DNA of 64,000 nt from NCBI GenBank assembly GCA_964057225.1, contig OZ059896.1, positions 19,716,001 to 19,780,000 of the forward strand, given 5' to 3'. The translations under genes and the position numbers were made by a program. The first letter of the stretch is position 1; each line of letters starts with the position of its first letter. The notes beneath the pieces were generated by a model. That model saw only the letters and a list, made by a program, of their open reading frames with translations, did not search any database and had not been told where the DNA came from. Shown piece after piece: positions 12,801 through 27,722 of this stretch. This stretch comes from Auanema rhodensis (Eukaryota > Animalia > Nematoda).

Positions 12801-15800
12801 TTTTCGAAAAATTTCTAAATAATTTAGCAGAAAGTAGATGTTTTTAGATTCTTTTTTTCAAGGCAAAGACGATGGACAATGTTATTCAACGAAAAAATTA
12901 ATTCTTCAGGGTGAAAATCGAGGATATAAGTGTGAACTTATATCAGTTGATATCTCGGTGCATTTTTAAGCTAGCGCAAATCTGATAACACAGATCGACG
13001 CAGCTTAAAAATCCGCATCGAATGCACCATACTACATTGAGAAACGCTTAATACAAAAATTAGTTATGATCGTTTGAAAAATGATGCATTAGTGTATGTT
13101 GAGTTTCCATGTACACTCAACATTGCTTTCAAAAACATTTTGACAAAAATTTTTTCGAAAAATTTCAAAATAATTTAGCAAAAAGTAGATGTTTTTAGAT
13201 TCCTTTTTTCAAGGCAAAGACGATGGACATTGTTATTCAACGAAAAAATTAATTCTTCAGGGTGAAAATCGAGGATATAAGTGTGAACTTATATCAGTTG
13301 ATATCTCGGTGCATTTTTAAGCTAGCGCAAATCTGATAACACAGATTGACGCAGCTTAAAATCCGCATCGAATGCACTATACTACATTGAGAAACGCTTA
13401 ATACAAAAATTAGTTATGATCGTTTGAAAAATGATGCATTAGTGTATGTTGAGTTTCCATGTACACTCAACATTGCTTCCAAAAACATTTTGACAAAAAT
13501 TTTTTCGAAAAATTTCAAAATAATTTAGCAAAAAGTAGATGTTTTTAGATTCCTTTTTTCAAGGCAAAGACGATGGACAATGTTCTTCAACGAAAAAATT
13601 AATTCTTCAGGGTGAAAATCGAGGATATAAGTGTGAACTTATATCAGTTGATATCTCGGTGCATTTTTAAGCTAGCGCAAATCTGATAACACAGATTGAC
13701 GCAGCTTAAAAATCCGCATCGAATGCACTATACTACATTGAGAAACGCTTAATACAAAAATTAGTTATGATCGTTTGAAAAATGATGCATTAGTGTATGT
13801 TGAGTTTCCATGTACACTCAACATTGCTTCCAAAAACATTTTGACAAAAATTTTTTCGAAAAATTTCAAAATAATTCAGCAAAAAGTAGATGTTTTTAGA
13901 TTCCTTTTTTCAAGGCAAAGACGATGGACAATGTTATTCAACGAAAAAATTAATTCTTCAGGGTGAAAATCGAGGATATAAGTGTGAACTTATATCAGTT
14001 GATATCTCGGTGCATTTTTAAGCTAGCGCAAATCTCATAACACAGATCGACGCAGCTTAAAATTCCGCATCGAATGCACTATACTACATCGAGAAACGCT
14101 TAATACAAAAATTAGTTATGATCGTTTGAAAAATGATGCATTAGTGTATGTTGAGTTTCCATGTACACTCAACATTGCTTCCAAAAACATTTTGACAAAA
14201 ATTTTTTCGAAAAATTTCAAAATAATTCAGCAAAAAGTAGATGTTTTTAGATTCCTTTTTTCAAGGCAAAGACGATGGACAATGTTATTCAACGAAAAAA
14301 TTAATTCTTCAGGGTGAAAATCGAGGATATAAGTGTGAACTTATATCAGTTGATATATCGGTGCATTTTTAAGCTAGCGCAAATCTGATAACACAGATCG
14401 ATGCAGCTTAAAAATCCGCATCGAATGCACTATACTACATTGAGAAACGCTTAATACAAAAATTAGTTATGATCGTTTGAAAAATGATGCATTAGTGTAT
14501 GTTGAGTTTCCATGTACACTCAACATTGCTTCCAAAAACATTTTGACAAAAATTTTTTCGAAAAATTTCAAAATAATTTAGCAAAAAGTAGATGTTTTTA
14601 GATTCCTTTTTTCAAGGCAAAGACGATGGACAATGTTATTCAACGAAAAAATTAATTCTTCAGGGTGAAAATCGAGGATATAAGTGTGAACTTATATCAG
14701 TTGATATCTCGGTGCATTTTTAAGCTAGCGAAAATCTCATAACACAGATCGACGCAGCTTAAAAATCCGCATCGAATGCACTATACTACATTGAGAAACG
14801 CTTAATACAAGAATTAGTTATGATCGTTTGAAAAATGATGCATTAGTGTATGTTGAGTTTCCATGTACACTCAACATTGCTTCCAAAAACATTTTGACAA
14901 AAATTTTTTCGAAAAATTTCAAAATAATTTAGCAAAAAGTAGATGTTTTTAGATTCCTTTTTTCAAGGCAAAGACGATGGACAATGTTATTCAACGAAAA
15001 AATTAATTCTTCAGGGTGAAAATCGAGGATATAAGTGTGAACTTATATCAGTTGATGTCTCGGTGCACTTTTAAGCTAGCGCAAATCTGATAACACAGAT
15101 CGACGCAGCTTAAAAATCCGCATCAAATGCACTATACTACATTGAGAAACGCTTAATACAAAAATTAGTTATGATCGTTTGAAAAATGATGCATTAGTGT
15201 ATGTTGAGTTACCATGTACACTCAACATTGCTTCCAAAAACATTTTGACAAAAATTTTTTCGAAAAATTTCTAAATAATTTAGCAGAAAGTAGATGTTTT
15301 TAGATTCTTTTTTTCAAGGCAAAGACGATGGACAATGTTATTCAACGAAAAAATTAATTCTTCAGGGTGAAAATCGAGGATATAAGTGTGAACTTATATC
15401 AGTTGATATCTCGGTGCATTTTTAAGCTAGCGCAAATCTGATAACACAGATCGACGCAGCTTAAAAATCCGCATCGAATGCACCATACTACATTGAGAAA
15501 CGCTTAATACAAAAATTAGTTATGATCGTTTGAAAAATGATGCATTAGTGTATGTTGAGTTTCCATGTACACTCAACATTGCTTCCAAAAACATTTTGAC
15601 AAAAATTTTTTCGAAAAATTTCAAAATAATTTAGCAAAAAGTAGATGTTTTTAGATTCCTTTTTTCAAGGCAAAGACGATGGACATTGTTATTCAACGAA
15701 AAAATTAATTCTTCAGGGTGAAAATCGAGGATATAAGTGTGAACTTATATCAGTTGATATCTCGGTGCATTTTTAAGCTAGCGCAAATCTGATAACACAG

Positions 15801-18800
15801 ATTGACGCAGCTTAAAATCCGCATCGAATGCACTATACTACATTGAGAAACGCTTAATACAAAAATTAGTTATGATCGTTTGAAAAATGATGCATTAGTG
15901 TATGTTGAGTTTCCATGTACACTCAACATTGCTTCCAAAAACATTTTGACAAAAATTTTTTCGAAAAATTTCAAAATAATTTAGCAAAAAGTAGATGTTT
16001 TTAGATTCCTTTTTTCAAGGCAAAGACGATGGACAATGTTATTCAACGAAAAAATTAATTCTTCAGGGTGAAAATCGAGGATATAAGTGTGAACTTATAT
16101 CAGTTGATATCTCGGTGCATTTTTAAGCTAGCGCAAATCTGATAACACAGATTGACGCAGCTTAAAAATCCGCATCGAATGCACTATACTACATTGAGAA
16201 ACGCTTAATACAAAAATTAGTTATGATCGTTTGAAAAATGATGCATTAGTGTATGTTGAGTTTCCATGTACACTCAACATTGCTTCCAAAAACATTTTGA
16301 CAAAAATTTTTTCGAAAAATTTCAAAATAATTTAGCAAAAAGTAGATGTTTTTAGATTCCTTTTTTCAAGGCAAAGACGATGGACAATGTTATTCAACGA
16401 AAAAATTAATTCTTCAGGGTGAAAATCGAGGATATAAGTGTGAACTTATATCAGTTGATATCTCGGTGCATTTTTAAGCTAGCGAAAATCTCATAACACA
16501 GATCGACGCAGCTTTAAAATCCGCATCGAATGCACTATACTACATTGAGAAACGCTTAATACAAAAATTAGTTATGATCGTTTGAAAAATGATGCATTAG
16601 TGTATGTTGAGTTTCCATGTACACTCAACATTGCTTCCAAAAACATTTTGACAAAAATTTTTTCGAAAAATTTCAAAATAATTCAGCAAAAAGTAGATGT
16701 TTTTAGATTCCTTTTTTCAAGGCAAAGACGATGGACAATGTTATTCAACGAAAAAATTAATTCTTCAGGGTGAAAATCGAGGATATAAGTGTGAACTTAT
16801 ATCAGTTGATATATCGGTGCATTTTTAAGCTAGCGCAAATCTGATAACACAGATCGACGCAGCTTAAAAATCCGCATCGAATGCACTATACTACATTGAG
16901 AAACGCTTAATACAAAAATTAGTTATGATCGTTTGAAAAATGATGCATTAGTGTATGTTGAGTTTCCATGTACACTCAACATTGCTTCCAAAAACATTTT
17001 GACAAAAATTTTTTCGAAAAATTTCAAAATAATTTAGCAAAAAGTAGATGTTTTTAGATTCCTTTTTTCAAGGCAAAGACGATGGACAATGTTATTCAAC
17101 GAAAAAATTAATTCTTCAGGGTGAAAATCGAGGATATAAGTGTGAACTTATATCAGTTGATATCTCGGTGCATTTTTAAGCTAGCGCAAATCTCATAACA
17201 CAGATCGACGCAGCTTAAAAATCCGCATCGAATGCACTATACTACATTGAGAAACGCTTAATACAAGAATTAGTTATGATCGTTTGAAAAATGATGCATT
17301 AGTGTATGTTGAGTTTCCATGTACACTCAACATTGCTTCCAAAAACATTTTGACAAAAATTTTTTCGAAAAATTTCAAAATAATTTAGCAAAAAGTAGAT
17401 GTTTTTAGATTCCTTTTTTCAAGGCAAAGACGATGGACAATGTTATTCAACGAAAAAATTAATTCTTCAGGGTGAAAATCGAGGATATAAGTGTGAACTT
17501 ATATCAGTTGATGTCTCGGTGCACTTTTAAGCTAGCGCAAATCTGATAACACAGATCGACGCAGCTTAAAAATCCGCATCAAATGCACTATACTACATTG
17601 AGAAACGCTTAATACAAAAATTAGTTATGATCGTTTGAAAAATGATGCATTAGTGTATGTTGAGTTTCCATGTACACTCAACATTGCTTCCAAAAACATT
17701 TTGACAAAAATTTTTTCGAAAAATTTCAAAATAATTTAGCAAAAAGTAGATGTTTTTAGATTCCTTTTTTCAAGGCAAAGACGATGGACATTGTTATTCA
17801 ACGAAAAAATTAATTCTTCAGGGTGAAAATCGAGGATATAAGTGTGAACTTATATCAGTTGATATCTCGGTGCATTTTTAAGCTAGCGCAAATCTGATAA
17901 CACAGATCGACGCAGCTTAAAAATCCGCATCGAATGCACTATACTACATTGAGAAACGCTTAATACAAAAATTAGTTATGATCGTTTGAAAAATGATGCA
18001 TTAGTGTATGTTGAGTTTCCATGTACACTCAACATTGCTTCCAAAAACATTTTCACAAAAATTTTTTCGAAAAATTTCAAAATAATTTAGCAAAAAGTAG
18101 ATGTTTTTAGATTCCATTTTTCAAGGCAAAGACGATGGACAATGTTATTCAACGAAAAAATTAATTCTTCAGGGTGAAAATCGAGGATATAAGTGTGAAC
18201 TTGTATAAGTTGATATCTCGGTGCATTTTTAAGCTAGCGCAAATCTGATAACACAGATCGACGCAGCTTAAAAATCCGCATCGAATGCACTATACTACAT
18301 TGAGAAACGCTTAATACAAAAATTAGTTATGATCGTTTGAAAAATGATGCATTAGTGTATGTTGAGTTTCCATGTACACTCAACATTGCTTCCAAAAACA
18401 TTTTGACAAAAATTTTTTCGAAAAATTTCAAAATAATTTAGCAAAAAGTAGATGTTTTTAGATTCCTTTTTTCAAGGTTAAGACGATGGACAATGTTATT
18501 CAACGAAAAAATTAATTCTTCAGGGTGAAAATCGAGAATATAAGTGTGAACTTATATCAGTTGATATCTCGGTGCATTTTTAAGCTAGCGCAAATCTGAT
18601 AACACAGATCGACGCAGCTTAAAAATCCGCATCGAATGCACTATACTACATTGAGAAACGCTTAATACAAAAATTAGTTATGATCGTTTGAAAAATGATG
18701 CATTAGTGTATGTTGAGTTTCCATGTACACTCAACATTGCTTCCAAAAACATTTTGACAAAAATTTTTTCGAAAAATTTCTAAATAATTTAGCAGAAAGT

Positions 18801-20351
18801 AGATGTTTTTAGATTCCATTTTTCAAGGCAAAGACGATGGACATTGTTATTCAACGAAAAAATTAATTCTTCAGGGTGAAAATCGAGGATATAAGTGTGA
18901 ACTTATATCAGTTGATATCTCGGTGCATTTTTAAGCTAGCGCAAATCTGATAACACAGATCGACGCAGCTTAAAAATCCGCATCGAATGCACTATACTAC
19001 ATTGAGAAACGCTTAATACAAAAATTAGTTATGATCGTTTGAAAAATGATGCATTAGTGTATGTTGAGTTTCCATGTACACTCAACATTGCTTCCAAAAA
19101 CATTTTGACAAAAATTTTTTCGAAAAATTTCTAAAAAATTTAGCAGAAAGTAGATGTTTTTAGATTCCATTTTTCAAGGCAAAGACGATGGACATTGTTA
19201 TTCAACGAAAAAATTAATTCTTCAGGGTGAAAATCGAGGATATAAGTGTGAACTTATATCAGTTGATATCTCGGTGCATTTTTAAGCTAGCGCAAATCTG
19301 ATAACACAGATCGACGCAGCTTAAAAATCCGCATCGAATGCACTATACTACATTGAGAAACGCTTAATACAAAAATTAGTTATGATCGTTTGAAAAATGA
19401 TGCATTAGTGTATGTTGAGTTTCCATGTACACTCAACATTGCTTCCAAAAACATTTTGACAAAAATTTTTTCGAAAAATTTCTAAAAAATTTAGCAGAAA
19501 GTAGATGTTTTTAGATTCCATTTTTCAAGGCAAAGACGATGGACATTGTTATTCAACGAAAAAATTAATTCTTCAGGGTGAAAATCGAGGATATAAGTGT
19601 GAACTTATATCAGTTGATATCTCGGTGCATTTTTAAGCTAGCGCAAATCTGATAACACAGATCGACGCAGCTTAAAAATCCGCATCGAATGCACTATACT
19701 ACATTGAGAAACGCTTAATACAAAAATTAGTTATGATCGTTTGAAAAATGATGCATTAGTGTATGTTGAGTTTCCATGTACACTCAACATTGCTTCCAAA
19801 AACATTTTGACAAAAATTTTTTCGAAAAATTTCAAAATAATTTAGCAAAAAGTAGATGTTTTTAGATTCCTTTTTTCAAGGCAAAGACGATGGACATTGT
19901 TATTCAACGAAAAAATTAATTCTTCAGGGTGAAAATCGAGGATATAAGTGTGAACTTATATCAGTTGATATCTCGGTGCATTTTTAAGCTAGCGCAAATC
20001 TGATAACACAGATCGACGCAGCTTAAAAATCCGCATCGAATGCACTATACTACATTGAGAAACGCTTAATACAAAAATTAGTTATGATCGTTTGAAAAAT
20101 GATGCATTAGTGTATGTTGAGTTTCCATGTACACTCAACATTGCTTCCAAAAACATTTTCACAAAAATTTTTTCGAAAAATTTCAAAATAATTTAGCAAA
20201 AAGTAGATGTTTTTAGATTCCATTTTTCAAAGCAAAGACGATGGACAATGTTATTCAACGAAAAAATTAATTCTTCAGGGTGAAAATCGAGGATATAAGT
20301 GTGAACTTGTATAAGTTGATATCTCGGTGCATTTTTAAGCTAGCGCAAATC

Positions 20352-23159
20352 TGATAACACAGATCGACGCAGCTTAAAAATCCGCATCGAATGCACTATA
20401 CTACATTGAGAAACGCTTAATACAAAAATTAGTTATGATCGTTTGAAAAATGATGCATTAGTGTATGTTGAGTTTCCATGTACACTCAACATTGCTTCCA
20501 AAAACATTTTCACAAAAATTTTTTCGAAAAATTTCAAAATAATTTAGCAAAAAGTAGATGTTTTTAGATTCCATTTTTCAAAGCAAAGACGATGGACAAT
20601 GTTATTCAACGAAAAAATTAATTCTTCAGGGTGAAAATCGAGGATATAAGTGTGAACTTGTATAAGTTGATATCTCGGTGCATTTTTAAGCTAGCGCAAA
20701 TCTTATAACACAGATCGACGCAGCTTAAAAATCCGCATCGAATGCACTATACTACATTGAGAAACGCTTAATACAAAAATTAGTTATGATCGTTTGAAAA
20801 ATGATGCATTAGTGTATGTTGAGTTTCCATGTACACTCAACATTGCTTCCAAAAACATTTTGACAAAAATTTTTTCGAAAAATTTCAAAACAATTTAGCA
20901 AAAAGTAGATGTTTTTAGATTCCTTTTGTCAAGGCAAAGACGATGGACAATGTTATTCAACGAAAAAATTAATTCTTCAGGGTGAAAATCGAGAATATAA
21001 GTGTGAACTTATATCAGTTGATATCTCGGTGCATTTTTAAGCTAGCGCAAATCTGATAACACAGATCGACGCAGCTTAAAAATCCGCATCGAATGCACTA
21101 TACTACATTGAGAAACGCTTAATACAAAAATTAGTTATGATCGTTTGAAAAATGATGCATTAGTGTATGTTGAGTTTCCATGTACACTCAACATTGCTTC
21201 CAAAAACATTTTGACAAAAATTTGTTCGAAAAATTTCAAAATAATTTAGCAAAAAGTAGATGTTTTTAGATTCCTTTTTTCAAGGCAAAGACGATGGACA
21301 TTGTTATTCAACGAAAAAATTAATTCTTCAGGGTGAAAATCGAGGATATAAGTGTGAACTTATATCAGTTGATATCTCGGTGCATTTTTAAGCTAGCGCA
21401 AATCTGATAACACAGATCGACGCAGCTTAAAAATCCGCATCGAATGCACTATACTACATTGAGAAACGCTTAATACAAAAATTAGTTATGATCGTTTGAA
21501 AAATGACGCATTAGTGTATGTTGAGTTTCCATGTACACTCAACATTGCTTCCAAAAACATTTTCACAAAAATTTTTTCGAAAAATTTCAAAATAATTTAG
21601 CAAAAAGTAGATGTTTTTAGATTCCATTTTTCAAGGCAAAGACGATGGACAGTGTTATTCAACGAAAAAATTAATTCTTCAGGGTGAAAATCGAGGATAT
21701 AAGTGTGAACTTGTATAAGTTGATATCTCGGTGCATTTTTAAGCTAGCGCAAATCTGATAACACAGATCGACGCAGCTTAAAAATCCGCATCGAATGCAC
21801 TATACTACATTGAGAAACGCTTAATACAAAAATTAGTTATGATCGTTTGAAAAATGATGCATTAGTGTATGTTGAGTTTCCATGTACACTCAACATTGCT
21901 TCCAAAAACATTTTCACAAAAATTTTTTCGAAAAATTTCAAAATAATTTAGCAAAAAGTAGATGTTTTTAGATTCCATTTTTCAAAGCAAAGACGATGGA
22001 CAATGTTATTCAACGAAAAAATTAATTCTTCAGGGTGAAAATCGAGGATATAAGTGTGAACTTGTATAAGTTGATATCTCGGTGCATTTTTAAGCTAGCG
22101 CAAATCTTATAACACAGATCGACGCAGCTTAAAAATCCGCATCGAATGCACTATACTACATTGAGAAACGCTTAATACAAAAATTAGTTATGATCGTTTG
22201 AAAAATGATGCATTAGTGTATGTTGAGTTTCCATGTACACTCAACATTGCTTCCAAAAACATTTTGACAAAAATTTTTTCGAAAAATTTCAAAACAATTT
22301 AGCAAAAAGTAGATGTTTTTAGATTCCTTTTGTCAAGGCAAAGACGATGGACAATGTTATTCAACGAAAAAATTAATTCTTCAGGGTGAAAATCGAGAAT
22401 ATAAGTGTGAACTTATATCAGTTGATATCTCGGTGCATTTTTAAGCTAGCGCAAATCTGATAACACAGATCGACGCAGCTTAAAAATCCGCATCGAATGC
22501 ACTATACTACATTGAGAAACGCTTAATACAAAAATTAGTTATGATCGTTTGAAAAATGATGCATTAGTGTATGTTGAGTTTCCATGTACACTCAACATTG
22601 CTTCCAAAAACATTTTGACAAAAATTTGTTCGAAAAATTTCAAAATAATTTAGCAAAAAGTAGATGTTTTTAGATTCCTTTTTTCAAGGCAAAGACGATG
22701 GACATTGTTATTCAACGAAAAAATTAATTCTTCAGGGTGAAAATCGAGGATATAAGTGTGAACTTATATCAGTTGATATCTCGGTGCATTTTTAAGCTAG
22801 CGCAAATCTGATAACACAGATCGACGCAGCTTAAAAATCCGCATCGAATGCACTATACTACATTGAGAAACGCTTAATACAAAAATTAGTTATGATCGTT
22901 TGAAAAATGACGCATTAGTGTATGTTGAGTTTCCATGTACACTCAACATTGCTTCCAAAAACATTTTCACAAAAATTTTTTCGAAAAATTTCAAAATAAT
23001 TTAGCAAAAAGTAGATGTTTTTAGATTCCATTTTTCAAGGCAAAGACGATGGACAGTGTTATTCAACGAAAAAATTAATTCTTCAGGGTGAAAATCGAGG
23101 ATATAAGTGTGAACTTGTATAAGTTGATATCTCGGTGCATTTTTAAGCTAGCGCAAATC
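20352..23159. repeat. Tandem 4-mer duplication (2 x 1,404 bp)
   Basis: The rare markers TCTTATAAC (about 20703, 22107) and TTTGTTCG (monomers at 21054, 22458), and TGACGC (monomers at 21405, 22809), all recur at 1,404 bp. Confidence 0.88.
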
Positions 23160-26100
23160 TGATAACACAGATCGACGCAGCTTAAAAATCCGCATCGAAT
23201 GCACTATACTACATTGAGAAACGCTTAATACAAAAATTAGTTATGATCGTTTGAAAAATGATGCATTAGTGTATGTTGAGTTTCCATGTACACTCAACAT
23301 TGCTTCCAAAAACATTTTCACAAAAATTTTTTCGAAAAATTTCAAAATAATTTAGCAAAAAGTAGATGTTTTTAGATTCCATTTTTCAAGGCAAAGACGA
23401 TGGACAATGTCATTCAACGAAAAAATTAATTCTTCAGGGTGAAAATCGAGGATATAAGTGTGAACTTGTATAAGTTGATATCTCGGTGCATTTTTAAGCT
23501 AGCGCAAATCTGATAACACAGATCGACGCAGCTTAAAAATCCGCATCGAATGCACTATACTACATTGAGAAACGCTTAATACAAAAATTAGTTATGATCG
23601 TTTGAAAAATGATGCATTAGTGTATGTTGAGTTTCCATGTACACTCAACATTGCTTCCAAAAACATTTTGACAAAAATTTTTTCGAAAAATTTCAAAATA
23701 ATTTAGCAAAAAGTAGATGTTTTTAGATTCCTTTTTTCAAGGCAAAGACGATGGACAATGTTATTCAACGAAAAAATTAATTCTTCAGGGTGAAAATCGA
23801 GAATATAAGTGTGAACTTATATCAGTTGATATCTCGGTGCATTTTTAAGCTAGCGCAAATCTGATAACACAGATCGACGCAGCTTAAAAATCCGCATCGA
23901 ATGCACTATACTACATTGAGAAACGCTTAATACAAAAATTAGTTATGATCGTTTGAAAAATGATGCATTAGTGTATGTTGAGTTTCCATGTACACTCAAC
24001 ATTGCTTCCAAAAACATTTTCACAAAAATTTTTTCGAAAAATTTCAAAATAATTTAGCAAAAAGTAGATGTTTTTAGATTCCATTTTTCAAAGCAAAGAC
24101 GATGGACAATGTTATTCAACGAAAAAATTAATTCTTCAGGGTGAAAATCGAGGATATAAGTGTGAACTTGTATAAGTTGATATCTCGGTGCATTTTTAAG
24201 CTAGCGCAAATCTGATAACACAGATCGACGCAGCTTAAAAATCCGCATCGAATGCACTATACTACATTGAGAAACGCTTAATACAAAAATTAGTTATGAT
24301 CGTTTGAAAAATGATGCATTAGTGTATGTTGAGTTTCCATGTACACTCAACATTGCTTCCAAAAACATTTTGACAAAAATTTTTTCGAAAAATTTCAAAA
24401 TAATTTAGCAAAAAGTAGATGTTTTTAGATTCCTTTTTTCAAGGCAAAGACGATGGACAATGTTATTCAACGAAAAAATTAATTCTTCAGGGTGAAAATC
24501 GAGGATATAAGTGTGAACTTGTATAAGTTGATATCTCGTTGCATTTTTAAGCTAGCGCAAATCTGATAACACAGATCGACGCAGCTTAAAAATCCGCATC
24601 GAATGCACTATACTACATTGAGAAACGCTTAATACAAAAATTAGTTATGATCGTTTGAAAAATGATGCATTAGTGTATGTTGAGTTTCCATGTACACTCA
24701 ACATTGCTTCCAAAAACATTTTGACAAAAATTTTTTCGAAAAATTTCAAAATAATTTAGCAAAAAGTAGATGTTTTTAGATTCCTTTTTTCAAGGCAAAG
24801 ACGATGGACAATGTTATTCAACGAAAAAATTAATTCTTCAGGGTGAAAATCGAGAATATAAGTGTGAACTTATATCAGTTGATATCTCGGTGCATTTTTA
24901 AGCTAGCGCAAATCTGATAACACAGATCGACGCAGCTTAAAAATCCGCATCGAATGCACTATACTACATTGAGAAACGCTTAATACAAAAATTAGTTATG
25001 ATCGTTTGAAAAATGATGCATTAGTGTATGTTGAGTTTCCATGTACACTCAACATTGCTTCCAAAAACATTTTCACAAAAATTTTTTCGAAAAATTTCAA
25101 AATAATTTAGCAAAAAGTAGATGTTTTTAGATTCCATTTTTCAAGGCAAAGACGATGGACAATGTCATTCAACGAAAAAATTAATTCTTCAGGGTGAAAA
25201 TCGAGGATATAAGTGTGAACTTGTATAAGTTGATATCTCGGTGCATTTTTAAGCTAGCGCAAATCTGATAACACAGATCGACGCAGCTTAAAAATCCGCA
25301 TCGAATGCACTATACTACATTGAGAAACGCTTAATACAAAAATTAGTTATGATCGTTTGAAAAATGATGCATTAGTGTATGTTGAGTTTCCATGTACACT
25401 CAACATTGCTTCCAAAAACATTTTGACAAAAATTTTTTCGAAAAATTTCAAAATAATTTAGCAAAAAGTAGATGTTTTTAGATTCCTTTTTTCAAGGCAA
25501 AGACGATGGACAATGTTATTCAACGAAAAAATTAATTCTTCAGGGTGAAAATCGAGAATATAAGTGTGAACTTATATCAGTTGATATCTCGGTGCATTTT
25601 TAAGCTAGCGCAAATCTGATAACACAGATCGACGCAGCTTAAAAATCCGCATCGAATGCACTATACTACATTGAGAAACGCTTAATACAAAAATTAGTTA
25701 TGATCGTTTGAAAAATGATGCATTAGTGTATGTTGAGTTTCCATGTACACTCAACATTGCTTCCAAAAACATTTTCACAAAAATTTTTTCGAAAAATTTC
25801 AAAATAATTTAGCAAAAAGTAGATGTTTTTAGATTCCATTTTTCAAAGCAAAGACGATGGACAATGTTATTCAACGAAAAAATTAATTCTTTAGGGTGAA
25901 AATCGAGGATATAAGTGTGAACTTGTATAAGTTGATATCTCGGTGCATTTTTAAGCTAGCGCAAATCTGATAACACAGATCGACGCAGCTTAAAAATCCG
26001 CATCGAATGCACTATACTACATTGAGAAACGCTTAATACAAAAATTAGTTATGATCGTTTGAAAAATGATGCATTAGTGTATGTTGAGTTTCCATGTACA

Positions 26101-27722
26101 CTCAACATTGCTTCCAAAAACATTTTGACAAAAATTTTTTCGAAAAATTTCAAAATAATTTAGCAAAAAGTAGATGTTTTTAGATTCCTTTTTTCAAGGC
26201 AAAGACGATGGACAATGTTATTCAACGAAACAATTAATTCTTCAGGGTGAAAATCGAGAATATAAGTGTGAACTTATATCAGTTGATATCTCGGTGCATT
26301 TTTAAGCTAGCGCAAATCTGATAACACAGATCGACGCAGCTTAAAAATCCGCATCGAATGCACTATACTACATTGAGAAACGCTTAATACAAAAATTAGT
26401 TATGATCGTTTGAAAAATGATGCATTAGTGTATGTTGAGTTTCCATGTACACTCAACATTGCTTCCAAAAACATTTTCACAAAAATTTTTTCGAAAAATT
26501 TCAAAATAATTTAGCAAAAAGTAGATGTTTTTAGATTCCATTTTTCAAAGCAAAGACGATGGACAATGTTATTCAACGAAAAAATTAATTCTTCAGGGTG
26601 AAAATCGAGGATATAAGTGTGAACTTGTATAAGTTGATATCTCGTTGCATTTTTAAGCTAGCGCAAATCTGATAACACAGATCGACGCAGCTTAAAAATC
26701 CGCATCGAATGCACTATACTACATTGAGAAACGCTTAATACAAAAATTAGTTATGATCGTTTGAAAAATGATGCATTAGTGTATGTTGAGTTTCCATGTA
26801 CACTCAACATTGCTTCCAAAAACATTTTGACAAAAATTTTTTCGAAAAATTTCAAAATAATTTAGCAAAAAGTAGATGTTTTTAGATTCCTTTTTTCAAG
26901 GCAAAGACGATGGACATTGTTATTCAACGAAAAAATTAATTCTTCAGGGTGAAAATCGAGGATATAAGTGTGAACTTATATCAGTTGATATCTCGGTGCA
27001 TTTTTAAGCTAGCGCAAATCTGATAACACAGATCGACGCAGCTTAAAAATCCGCATCGAATGCACTATACTACATTGAGAAACGCTTAATACAAAAATTA
27101 GTTATGATCGTTTGAAAAATGACGCATTAGTGTATGTTGAGTTTCCATGTACACTCAACATTGCTTCCAAAAACATTTTGACAAAAATTTTTTCGAAAAA
27201 TTTCAAAATAATTTAGCAAAAAGTAGATGTTTTTAGATTCCTTTTTTCAAGGCAAAGACGATGGACAATGTTATTCAACGAAAAAATTAATTCTTCAGGG
27301 TGAAAATCGAGAATATAAGTGTGAACTTATATCAGTTGATATCTCGGTGCATTTTTAAGCTAGCGCAAATCTGATAACACAGATCGACGCAGCTTAAAAA
27401 TCCGCATCGAATGCACTATACTACATTGAGAAACGCTTAATACAAAAATTAGTTATGATCGTTTGAAAAATGATGCATTAGTGTATGTTGAGTTTCCATG
27501 TACACTCAACATTGCTTCCAAAAACATTTTCACAAAAATTTTTTCGAAAAATTTCAAAATAATTTAGCAAAAAGTAGATGTTTTTAGATTCCATTTTTCA
27601 AAGCAAAGACGATGGACAATGTTATTCAACGAAAAAATTAATTCTTCAGGGTGAAAATCGAGGATATAAGTGTGAACTTGTATAAGTTGATATCTCGGTG
27701 CATTTTTAAGCTAGCGCAAATC

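Larger units (their letters stand above)
1..17894. repeat. Domain A: 7-monomer HOR (2,456 bp) with rearranged copies
   Basis: Ordered variant series, e.g. at 2457-4912: [G38A,T124A,A185T,A199G,C221T] - [T46C,A248T] - [C14T + 1-bp A deletion] - [C14T] - [G2C,A29T,T56C,T194C,C323A] - [C17T,C346A] - [G2C,A75G,A321G,T332C]. The ORF-track spacings 1495->3951 and 14126->16582 are both 2,456 bp. Confidence 0.9.
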
